Positions 18,044-26,279 of a stretch of DNA of 64,000 nt are shown piece by piece (within the stretch, counting starts at the first letter, position 1; each line of letters begins with the position of its first letter). The position numbers were made by a program, and so were the translations under genes. Location of the stretch: NCBI GenBank assembly GCA_023251725.1, contig JAHEYG010000004.1, positions 7,066-71,065 of the forward strand. The letters run 5' to 3'. The stretch comes from Sphingobacteriaceae bacterium (GTDB taxonomy: Bacteria > Bacteroidota > Bacteroidia > B-17B0 > Aurantibacillaceae). Below the pieces are notes generated by a model. It did not search any database. It saw only the letters and a list, made by a program, of their open reading frames with translations, and was not told the origin of the DNA.

Positions 18044-18280
18044 CTTTAATCTATACAAATCGTTTTTGGCCGTAAATCGTGGTTCTTAAATCATTAAAAA
18101 ATTTAAGACAACGGTTAGTTTGTATAGCGTGCAATCGTTCATTACAACGGCGTATGCCAATATTAGTTGACTCTCACTAAACGGGCGCTATTTTCTTCGG
18201 CGGGCTAATATTCTAAAAAAACACACCCAATAATCCTATATTAAAAACATTTTCTTTGTCCCATTTGGTATATAGATGCC
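18044..18280 (+). repeat. Copy 2 of the 236-bp non-coding direct repeat (right arm and right IR of element Y)
   Basis: See 14131-14366. It ends TTCTTTGTCCCATTTGGTATATAGATGCC (18252-18280). Confidence 0.9.
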
Positions 18281-18502
18281 TTTATACCCCCCTATTTATC
18301 CGATAACAAATGGCTACAACTGTTTTTAAAGGGATAGATGCGTATTTAAGCGGTTAAAAGTCGAGTATCGTTTTTTGGTGGCCGTACATTTGTCCCATCA
18401 AAAAAACCAAACGATGCGCATCCCAAAGTTTTCTTGAACGAACAATTAAATAAATAAAATAAAAACAAAGTCCGCAACGTTGCGGCATTAAAAAAAGAAA
18501 AC

Positions 18503-18847
18503 ATGATGACAATTAAGAACCGCGTACAGTTAGTAGGTAATTTAGGCGCAACACCGGAAGTAAGAAATTTCGACGGCGGTAACAAAGTAGCACGCTTCTC
18601 TGTAGCCACATCCGACAGCTACACAAACAAAAAAGGTGAAAAAGTAAAAGAAACGCAATGGCACAACATTGTAGTATGGGGCAAGCTGGCCGGCATAGCC
18701 GAGCAAATTCTTGAAAAAGGCTCGCAGGTAGTAATCGACGGTAAATTAAACACCGGCACATACAACGATAAAGAAGGCGTAAAAAAATATTACACCGAAA
18801 TTGTAGCCAACGAATTTTTACTAATCAATAAAAAAAACAATAATTAA
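18503..18847 (+). CDS. ssb: Single-stranded DNA-binding protein, short form without acidic C-terminal tip (paralogue 1)
   Basis: OB-fold SSB pattern NRVQLVGNLGATPEV...VARFSVATSD.Y.NKKGEKV..TQWHNIVVWGKLA..A...L.KGSQV.IDGKL....Y.DK.GVKKY.TEIVANE. It ends LLINKKNNN. Confidence 0.85.
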   Translation: MMTIKNRVQLVGNLGATPEVRNFDGGNKVARFSVATSDSYTNKKGEKVKETQWHNIVVWGKLAGIAEQILEKGSQVVIDGKLNTGTYNDKEGVKKYYTEIVANEFLLINKKNNN

Positions 18848-18863
18848 TAACAAAAAATAAAAT

Positions 18864-18897
18864 CCCGAACCTGGGCCGGGCTCTATTCGGGTTTTTT
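18864..18897 (+). terminator. Rho-independent terminator after ssb paralogue 1
   Basis: cccgaa...ttcggg stem enclosing a GC-rich loop, followed by T6. The same sequence recurs after paralogue 2. Confidence 0.7.
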
Positions 18898-18968
18898 AAA
18901 AAAACAATTAACCATTCAACAAATAACAATTTAACCATTCAACAATTAACCATTTAACAATAAAAATT

Positions 18969-19310
18969 ATGACAACAATCAACAACAGAGTTCAACTCAT
19001 AGGAAACTTAGGGGCAACACCCGAAGTAAAATCATTCGACGGCGGAAACAAAGTAGCCCGCTTCTCGGTAGCAACATCCGATAACTACACCAATAAAAAA
19101 GGCGAAAAAGTAACCAACACCAATTGGCACAATATAGTGGCCTGGGGTAAATTAGCCGATGTAGCCGCCGATCTTTTCCAAAAAGGTTCACAGGTTTCTA
19201 TCGACGGTAAATTAACCACCCGTAATTACACCGATAAAGCAGGCGTAAAAAAATACATCACCGAAGTTGTGGCCAACGAATTATTATTAATCGATAAAAA
19301 CAATAACTAA
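18969..19310 (+). CDS. ssb: Single-stranded DNA-binding protein, short tail-less form (paralogue 2)
   Basis: 113-aa ORF, with most positions identical to paralogues 1 and 3. It ends LLIDKNNN. Confidence 0.85.
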   Translation: MTTINNRVQLIGNLGATPEVKSFDGGNKVARFSVATSDNYTNKKGEKVTNTNWHNIVAWGKLADVAADLFQKGSQVSIDGKLTTRNYTDKAGVKKYITEVVANELLLIDKNNN

Positions 19311-19321
19311 AAATTAAAACC

Positions 19322-19355
19322 CCCGAACCTGGGCCGGGCTCTATTCGGGTTTTTT
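19322..19355 (+). terminator. Rho-independent terminator after ssb paralogue 2
   Basis: Duplicate of the 18864-18897 hairpin plus T run. Confidence 0.7.
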
Positions 19356-19478
19356 AAATCAAAAAGGTTAACCGTTATCTGTTAATAGTTAACCGTTAAA
19401 TAAAAAATAAAATAAAGTATAACCAATAACTGATAACAAATAACGAATCACTGATAACCGTTAAAATAACTAAACAAT

Positions 19479-19811
19479 ATGACAACAAACAGAGTACAAT
19501 TAATCGGGAATTTAGGCGCAGCCCCGGAAGTAAAATCGCTTGATGGCGGAAACAAAGTTGCACGATTCCCAATGGCAACTTCAGAAAATTACATCAATAA
19601 AAAAGGTGAAAAAATAACCGACACACACTGGCATAACATTGTAGTGTGGGGAAAACTTGCAGGTATAGCCGAACAGCTTTTACAAAAAGGCGCACAAATA
19701 GCGGTCGACGGTAAATTAACTACCCGCAATTACACCGATAAAAAAGGAGTAAAAAAATACGTAACCGAAGTGGTGGCAAACGAATTGCTTCTGGTAGGTA
19801 AAAAACCCTAA
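19479..19811 (+). CDS. ssb: Single-stranded DNA-binding protein, short tail-less form (paralogue 3)
   Basis: 110-aa ORF with the same OB-fold pattern. It ends LLLVGKKP. Confidence 0.85.
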   Translation: MTTNRVQLIGNLGAAPEVKSLDGGNKVARFPMATSENYINKKGEKITDTHWHNIVVWGKLAGIAEQLLQKGAQIAVDGKLTTRNYTDKKGVKKYVTEVVANELLLVGKKP

Positions 19812-19860
19812 GCAAAAAAACAAATTTCATTCATGGTGTGAAGTTTGTACAAATAAAAAA

Positions 19861-19890
19861 GGCGTCACAATAATTGTGGCGCCTTTTTTT
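19861..19890. terminator. Bidirectional terminator between ssb3 and the convergent T9SS gene
   Basis: ggcgtcaca-ataat-tgtggcgcc stem (one G-U pair) flanked by an A run and T7. Confidence 0.75.
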
Positions 19891-19904
19891 ATGACTAGAA
19901 AAAA

Positions 19905-22568
19905 TTAATTCTGTGATACAAAAAACTTTTGTGCGTAGTTTTTATCCGGAGTTATTACTTTAATAACCACAATTTGTTCTTTTGCTGATAAATTTAAATA
20001 CACTCTATCAGAAACACACTCCACATTTTTAGTAATCATAATCTCCTGACCCAAAATATTACTTGCTGAAATAATTGCTTTTGTGTTTTTTTCAAAACTC
20101 AAATCCACATAAACACCATTCTTATCTTGTTTAATTAAAACATTTTCGGCTACAGTATTTACATTGTTTACACCTGCCACAATGTTACCGCAAATAGTTA
20201 ATTCAAAGCGTGGAGCTGCTGTTGTATCGTTAATGTTAAACACATAAGGTCCGGTAAATAAATCATGAATCGTTCCTGTTACTTTATCTTTCAATGTGGC
20301 GCAAGTTCCGGCCGCTAAATTATTTAAACCTACAGGTGTAATGGTATGTGAACCGCTTGCATAAACCTTAACCAGAACCGGAATAATAACATTTCCAAGA
20401 GTAGCATAAGGCAAACTATTAATAGAATAATCTTTATTTAAACTTTTTGTTGAAATGGTTGTGCGGGCTGTCCAAACACCAGGGTAACCTATATATCCCG
20501 GAGAATCCCAATATTTAGTGGCATCTAAATTATTATCGAAAGCGGTTGTTGCAGAACCATGGAAACGAATAGCTGTTCCATCAGTATAACCGCCACCGGC
20601 TAAATTTAAACGAATAACATTTCCAATAGCTGCCGCAGTAGCTGTATTTTTTAATAAAGGATCGGCAGAAGTATTGTAAGCCACTTTATCAGATTCGGCA
20701 ATAGCTAAATTACCTGCGCCCAATGCGTTTACATAAAATCCTTGTCCCATTGGTATAGTAGTTGTTGCACTTCCCGCCCCGCCCGGAACCGAAACCCCTC
20801 CTGCATAAGAAGTGGTTAATCCTAAATCGGCATTATAAATATAAATTGAACCATCAGTTAAGCCGGCATTATTTGCTACAATTTTATCCCACGAAATAGG
20901 TGATGCGTATGGATTTGCCAATAAACAACTTCCTTTGTTTGCCCCAGCACCGGCAGAAGTTACCGGCAAACTTTGGGCGCCTGAAACAGGAGTACCGGTA
21001 ACTGTAGTGGTAATGGCACCTGTTACGCCGAGTGCAGTACCAACATAAAGCCAATATCCTACTCCTTTTGTAATAGCAGTTGTTACCAGAATTGTAGTAT
21101 CATATTGCGAGGTAGATTCTGTCCAACCTTGAACTGATTCAAAATATTTTCCACCTGCCGATGTAACTCCGGTTGCCGAACCTTCAATTGCCATTGGAAT
21201 AGTTGGATACCAAGAATTAAATGTTAAACCGCTTACTCCGCTTCCTCCTAAAACAGCCCAATCAGTGGTTCCGCCGGGTATATAAGTTTCTACCTTAACA
21301 GAACCTGAAATGGATCCGGTGCCACTTATTTCTGCAATTCGGGCTTTTAATGCTGATGTTGATTTTAATGTGACATTGGTAATTGTTACCGCACCCCCAG
21401 TTATTCTAATTGAGTCAGTCAAATTTGTTGCATTGGAAAAACTTAAGGAGCCTGTTCCGCTTTTTTCAATTGCATTCATAGTAGTAACACCTGTTGCTCC
21501 CGAAACAATATGTGCTCCGGAGCCAGTAAACATTAATAAACCGGTATTTACTGCAAACACACCCGTAGTTGTACGAGCGAAATTTCCATTTATATCGATA
21601 AAAGAACCGGCAGTAACATTCAAAGTTGCACCGGTTTGAATATTAATATTATCAAAATAAGCTCTAGTACTAGAAGTATTACCCGAAGTGATTAATGCTG
21701 AAGAAGTGTAAAAATTAGTTGTTGACGTTCCAGTTGTGAAAGAACTAATATTCGTATTTAACCAAGTTCCAACTAATGAAATATGTCCGCTTAGCGCCAC
21801 AGCACCAGTGGTGTTAATGGTTATATTACCCAATTTGTTGCGACCTGCTGCTGAAGCACCAACGATAGTTGCGGATGCGCCGTTAAAATTAAAAATTCCT
21901 GTATTCCCAGCAGGTACACTTGTATTAGAACCTTGAATATCGAGTTGGTTAGAAAGACTGATTGTTCCTTTATAAGCGAACGGCCTCGTACCTCCTGCAA
22001 GAAATAAATCATTGGTAACAGTTGATGATGCACTAAAATCCAATGTTCTTAACGCAGCAGTTAGTGGAGTTGCATCTTTGACATGCATATCATAAAAGGT
22101 AAAAGCACCTGAAATAGTTATGGTTGTGCCGGAACCAATATCAATTTCTACATCACCGCTATTGTCGGTAAAAGTACCACCAGTTTTTGTAAGATTACCA
22201 CCGAAAATTAAAGTATTACTGGACGAAATAAATGTTCCAGCTGCTAAAGTAAAAACACCGGCAAAAGTTGAATTTGTGGCTTTTGCATCAACAACTCCGG
22301 TATAACCGGCATTAATAGAAAGTTTATTAACATTAACATCTGCATCAAAATCACAATTTTTTGTGCCTGTGCCATCAAAAATAATGTCTTCAACTCCTGT
22401 ACCAAAACCTGGGCCTATGCCACCTACCCAATTACCGGCTGTGCTAAAATTATTATCTGCACCACCGCCATTCCAAGTAAATGTTTGCGAAAAACCCAAA
22501 CTGCAATACGTAAGGGTAAAAATAAACGCTAATTTTTTTGCCGAATTTTTAAAGTAGTTAGTTTTCAT
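19905..22568 (-). CDS. T9SS-secreted surface protein with Thr/Gly/Ser-rich beta-helix-like repeats and type A C-terminal sorting domain
   Basis: 887-aa ORF with a signal peptide (FIFTLTYCSLGFSQ) and long runs of G/T/S/N-rich beta-strand repeats. The C-terminal ~80 aa (VLIKQDKNGVYVDLSF...ASNILGQEIM...VVIKVITPDKNYAQKF) fit Por/T9SS CTD. Confidence 0.8.
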   Translation of the reverse strand: MKTNYFKNSAKKLAFIFTLTYCSLGFSQTFTWNGGGADNNFSTAGNWVGGIGPGFGTGVEDIIFDGTGTKNCDFDADVNVNKLSINAGYTGVVDAKATNSTFAGVFTLAAGTFISSSNTLIFGGNLTKTGGTFTDNSGDVEIDIGSGTTITISGAFTFYDMHVKDATPLTAALRTLDFSASSTVTNDLFLAGGTRPFAYKGTISLSNQLDIQGSNTSVPAGNTGIFNFNGASATIVGASAAGRNKLGNITINTTGAVALSGHISLVGTWLNTNISSFTTGTSTTNFYTSSALITSGNTSSTRAYFDNINIQTGATLNVTAGSFIDINGNFARTTTGVFAVNTGLLMFTGSGAHIVSGATGVTTMNAIEKSGTGSLSFSNATNLTDSIRITGGAVTITNVTLKSTSALKARIAEISGTGSISGSVKVETYIPGGTTDWAVLGGSGVSGLTFNSWYPTIPMAIEGSATGVTSAGGKYFESVQGWTESTSQYDTTILVTTAITKGVGYWLYVGTALGVTGAITTTVTGTPVSGAQSLPVTSAGAGANKGSCLLANPYASPISWDKIVANNAGLTDGSIYIYNADLGLTTSYAGGVSVPGGAGSATTTIPMGQGFYVNALGAGNLAIAESDKVAYNTSADPLLKNTATAAAIGNVIRLNLAGGGYTDGTAIRFHGSATTAFDNNLDATKYWDSPGYIGYPGVWTARTTISTKSLNKDYSINSLPYATLGNVIIPVLVKVYASGSHTITPVGLNNLAAGTCATLKDKVTGTIHDLFTGPYVFNINDTTAAPRFELTICGNIVAGVNNVNTVAENVLIKQDKNGVYVDLSFEKNTKAIISASNILGQEIMITKNVECVSDRVYLNLSAKEQIVVIKVITPDKNYAQKFFVSQN

Positions 22569-22779
22569 AATATATAGGATTTAAGTATGTCTTTTTTATT
22601 GTCTATGTAAATATATGAAAAAAAAATTATTATTTAAAAAAAAATTGAAATGTTTTTATTGGGTGGCAATCTTAATTGTTAAATGACTGATTTTTGACTA
22701 TTAATTAAAATCTAAATTCTACCGTTCCTCCCAAAGTAGCTAAACAATTCCTAATAAATTTATACCTTTGCCACCTTTA

Positions 22780-25146
22780 ATGAGTCCAAAAAATCACATA
22801 AAATACCTTCTAACAGTTATTTATTGGTTGGCACTTTGCTTTCCGTATTTTTCACAAACCACCGGTTCTGTTAAAGGGGTACTTTATAACAAAGAAAACG
22901 GCGAAGGAATCCCTTTTAGTAATGTGTTTTTAAAGGGAACAACCATTGGAACCAATACCGATTTAAACGGACTTTTCACCATCACCCGAATTCCACCGGG
23001 AAATTATATTTTAATGGTAACCAATTTAGATTTTGATACCATTAAAGAAAACATCATCGTAAAAGCGGGCGAAATGATTACTAAAAAATATTTCTGCGCA
23101 AAAGGCGGTATCAACTTAAGTGAAATAGAAGTGACCACCAACCAAACCGAAAAAATTGAAAACACCACGGTTGGAGTTCAAAAAGTAGATCCTATTATTA
23201 TTGCCAAACTTCCAAGTATCGGCGAACCCGATTTAGCGCAATATTTACAGGTAATTCCCGGTGTTGTTTTTACCGGCGATCAGGGCGGACAATTATACAT
23301 ACGCGGTGGTTTACCCGTGCAAAATAAAGTGTTAATGGATGGAATGGTAATTTACAATCCTTTTCATTCAATTGGTTTATTTTCGGTGTTTGATAATGAT
23401 ATTATGAAAAACGCTGATGTATATTCGGCCGGTTTTGGTGCTGAGTATGGCGGCAGAACTTCTTCTGTTATGGATGTTACTACACGCGACGGAAATAAAA
23501 AACGCCTCAGCGGAAAAGTAGCCGCCTCTACATTTGCAGCAAAAATTATGTTGGAAGGTCCGTTCGTTAAATTAAAAGAAGATGGAAAAGGAAGTTCTTC
23601 ATTTATTTTTTCTGCCAAACATTCTTACCTGCCCGAAACTTCAAAAGGTTTATATTCTTACGCTAATAAAGATGGATTACCTTTTTATTTTACCGATGTT
23701 TATGGCAAGGCCTCTATTAACTCCACCAACGGAAGTAAAATTAATTTTTTTGGATTTAATTATACCGATAAAGTTCAATACCCATCCGTTGCTACTTACA
23801 GTTGGAATTCGTTTGGAGCCGGTTCAAATTTTGTTTTAATTCCAAACAATTCCGATTTATTAATTGAAGGAGTATTTGCATATTCTCAATATAAAATAAA
23901 TTATTCCAATCCCAATATTGAAACCGATACCAAATCAAGTACTGTTAACGGATTTAACGCAGGATTTAATTTTATAAAATTTATTGGACGCAGCGAAATA
24001 AAATTTGGATTTGAAGGCGTAATTACCGGTGCCGAATACCAATTACAAAATCCGTTTTTCGCCAAAGTTGAAGTAAAGCGTTCTACCACCGACCTTGGCG
24101 GTTTCATAAAATATAAATTTGTAAGTGCCAAACGCCGTTTTGTTTTTGAACCCAGTTTCAGAGCACAATATTATGCATCATTAAATGCTTTTTCGCCGGA
24201 GCCTCGTATTAGTTTAAAATTTAATATCACTCCTAAAATAAGGTTTAAAGGGGCGGCCGGACTTTACAGTCAGAGTTTAATGAGTGCGAGCAGCGACCGC
24301 GATGTGGTAAATTTATTTTATGGATTTATTAATGCGCCTGAAAATGATCAATTGCCAAAAACGTATTTAGATAAAAACGGACAAACGTTAAGTGTAACTT
24401 CTTCTGTTCAAAAAGCAACGCATATTGTTGCGGGAATTGAACTGGATGTTTTAAAATATTTAGAATTAAATATTGAAGCCTATCAAAAATCATTTGATCA
24501 GGTTATAAATGTGAACCGCGATAAACTATTTGATGATATTCCGGCTAATGCCGACAAACCCGAAGCTTACAAAAAAGATTATGTTATTGAGCAGGGCCAG
24601 GCGCAAGGAGTAGATTTTGTGGCGAAGTTTGAATATAAACGTTTTTATTTATGGGCGGTTTACTCTTTAATTTATAATACCCGTTGGGTAGGAAATACAG
24701 TTACGGGTGTGGTTTCGTCTTATCCTCCTAATTTCGACCGGCGTAATAATATAAATATTGTGGCCTCTTATACTTTTGGAAAAAAACGCAATTGGGAATT
24801 AAATGCCCGCTGGAATTATGGTTCTCCCTTTCCCACAACTCCCACGCAAGGATATTATCCGCAGCTTAATTTTAATTACAACTTAAATTATAATTACACA
24901 AACACCAATGGTAATTTGGGTTACCTTCCGGGAGATTTAAATTCGGTGCGATTAACTGATTTTCACCGCTTGGATATTGGTGTAAAGTATCGGTATAACT
25001 GGACACAAAAAATCCAGCTCGAGGTAAGCGCCGGTGCCACCAATATTTACAATCGCGATAATATTTTTTATGTAAACCGATTTACTTTTCAGCGAATTAA
25101 TCAATTACCAATTTTGCCATATCTTAATTTAGCGCTGGTGTTTTAA
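22780..25146 (+). CDS. TonB-dependent receptor-like outer membrane protein with carboxypeptidase-regulatory-like N-domain
   Basis: GSVKGVLYNKENGEGIPFSNVFLKGTTIGTNTDLNGLFTITRIPPGNYILMV (CarbopepD_reg-like), a plug-like region (LAQYLQVIPGV...QLYIRGG) and a beta-barrel C-terminus ending in an aromatic residue (LALVF). The ATG at 22780 is preferred over the TTG at 22768. Confidence 0.8.
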   Translation: MSPKNHIKYLLTVIYWLALCFPYFSQTTGSVKGVLYNKENGEGIPFSNVFLKGTTIGTNTDLNGLFTITRIPPGNYILMVTNLDFDTIKENIIVKAGEMITKKYFCAKGGINLSEIEVTTNQTEKIENTTVGVQKVDPIIIAKLPSIGEPDLAQYLQVIPGVVFTGDQGGQLYIRGGLPVQNKVLMDGMVIYNPFHSIGLFSVFDNDIMKNADVYSAGFGAEYGGRTSSVMDVTTRDGNKKRLSGKVAASTFAAKIMLEGPFVKLKEDGKGSSSFIFSAKHSYLPETSKGLYSYANKDGLPFYFTDVYGKASINSTNGSKINFFGFNYTDKVQYPSVATYSWNSFGAGSNFVLIPNNSDLLIEGVFAYSQYKINYSNPNIETDTKSSTVNGFNAGFNFIKFIGRSEIKFGFEGVITGAEYQLQNPFFAKVEVKRSTTDLGGFIKYKFVSAKRRFVFEPSFRAQYYASLNAFSPEPRISLKFNITPKIRFKGAAGLYSQSLMSASSDRDVVNLFYGFINAPENDQLPKTYLDKNGQTLSVTSSVQKATHIVAGIELDVLKYLELNIEAYQKSFDQVINVNRDKLFDDIPANADKPEAYKKDYVIEQGQAQGVDFVAKFEYKRFYLWAVYSLIYNTRWVGNTVTGVVSSYPPNFDRRNNINIVASYTFGKKRNWELNARWNYGSPFPTTPTQGYYPQLNFNYNLNYNYTNTNGNLGYLPGDLNSVRLTDFHRLDIGVKYRYNWTQKIQLEVSAGATNIYNRDNIFYVNRFTFQRINQLPILPYLNLALVF

Positions 25147-25218
25147 TTTTTTTTCTTGTTTTTTGTTTCAGATTTTTTCCTACATTAGTCAAAGACTTCC
25201 CATCGGGGTAAATATACA

Positions 25219-25773
25219 ATGGCTACCAAAATTTATACAAAAACGGGGGATAAAGGACAAACTTCTTTAATTGGTGGAACACGCGTTCCTAAACATCACA
25301 TTCGTATTGAAGCTTACGGTACCATTGATGAATTAAATTCGTTTATTGGTTTGGTGAGAGATAATATTAGTGAGAAAGAATTGTTTGATTTATTAATTGA
25401 AATTCAGGATCGTCTTTTTACCATTGGTTCTTTATTGGCAGCCGATCCAAATAAAAATAAAATGCAATTGCCGCAAATTTTTGAAAGTGATATTATTGTT
25501 TTAGAAAAAGCAATCGATAAAATGAATGAAACACTTCCCGAAATGAAACATTTTATTTTACCGGGCGGAAATAGAATTGTTTCTTATTGCCATATTGCCC
25601 GATGTGTTTGTCGCCGTGGCGAAAGGGCAGTTTTAAAATTAGCAGAAAACGAAAAAGTAGACGAACTTATTTATAAATATTTAAATCGTTTATCGGATCA
25701 TTTATTTGTGTTGTGTCGTAAATTATCGAAAGATTTGAATGCGAACGAAATTCAGTGGAAACCGCGATTGTAA
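25219..25773 (+). CDS. PduO-type ATP:cob(I)alamin adenosyltransferase
   Basis: IYTKTGDKGQTSLIGGTRVPKHHIRIEAYGTIDELNSFIGL... and the C-terminal YLNRLSD.LF are typical of the MMAB/PduO family. Confidence 0.85.
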   Translation: MATKIYTKTGDKGQTSLIGGTRVPKHHIRIEAYGTIDELNSFIGLVRDNISEKELFDLLIEIQDRLFTIGSLLAADPNKNKMQLPQIFESDIIVLEKAIDKMNETLPEMKHFILPGGNRIVSYCHIARCVCRRGERAVLKLAENEKVDELIYKYLNRLSDHLFVLCRKLSKDLNANEIQWKPRL

Positions 25774-25779
25774 TTTTTT

Positions 25780-26190
25780 ATGCCAAGTGCCAATGAAATA
25801 ACAAATACGATGATGACTAAAGATTATTTTAGTCAGTGGCTGGGCGTAAAAGTTATTGCAAGCGGAAATGGGATTTCAAAATTATCAATCACCGTTAAAA
25901 AACAAATGCTTAACGGTTTCGGCATTGCCCACGGAGGCATTACTTATTCGTTAGCCGATAGTGCTTTGGCATTTGCTTCTAACTCTCACGGTAAAAAAGC
26001 AGTTTCGGTAGAAACCTCTATTTCGCATATTGTTTCTTTAGTTGAAGGCGACGAAATTATTGCAGAAGCCAAAGAAGAAAATTGCTCCAATAAAATTGGA
26101 GTGTATTCTATAAAAATTTACAAAGCAAACGACAATATTTTAGTTGCTCTTTTTAAAGGAACAGTTTATCGTACCTCAAAAGATTGGTAA
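25780..26190 (+). CDS. PaaI-family hotdog-fold acyl-CoA thioesterase
   Basis: 136-aa ORF. NGFGIAHGGITYSLADSALAFA matches the PaaI/4HBT-type motif. Confidence 0.8.
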   Translation: MPSANEITNTMMTKDYFSQWLGVKVIASGNGISKLSITVKKQMLNGFGIAHGGITYSLADSALAFASNSHGKKAVSVETSISHIVSLVEGDEIIAEAKEENCSNKIGVYSIKIYKANDNILVALFKGTVYRTSKDW

Positions 26191-26279
26191 AATTTGTTAA
26201 CGCATTAAACTTATAGCTATTATTTAAGTCAAATTATTAAACCATCCCGAAGGGAAGCCTTCGGCTAAAAACTAAAATT

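Larger units (their letters stand above)
14456..18280. mobile_element. Putative cargo-carrying IS1595-family transposon (element Y), ~3.8 kb
   Basis: Bounded by the inverted repeats above. It contains an ISXO2-like/IS1595 DDE transposase, a small basic ORF, a RelA/SpoT-domain gene, a 3-gene operon and the conserved 236-bp arm. No matching 8-bp flanking duplication was seen (atttcgct vs tttatacc). Confidence 0.5.

Noticed and set aside
18346-18761. Minus-strand ORFs 18346-18609 and 18513-18761 (and 18997-19191, 19396-19578)
   Set aside because: They are antisense to, or overlap, the clearly conserved ssb genes and their leaders, and have no motifs.
21310-22557. Plus-strand ORFs inside the 19905-22568 gene
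   Set aside because: They are antisense shadows of a long Thr/Gly/Ser-rich repeat gene. Their Pro/Val/Ala-rich translations are typical reverse-complement artefacts.
22763-22770. TACCTTTG as the -7 box for the TonB-dependent receptor gene
   Set aside because: It matches TAnnTTTG, but it lies only ~10 nt from the ATG, which implies an almost leaderless mRNA. I cannot support it without TSS data.
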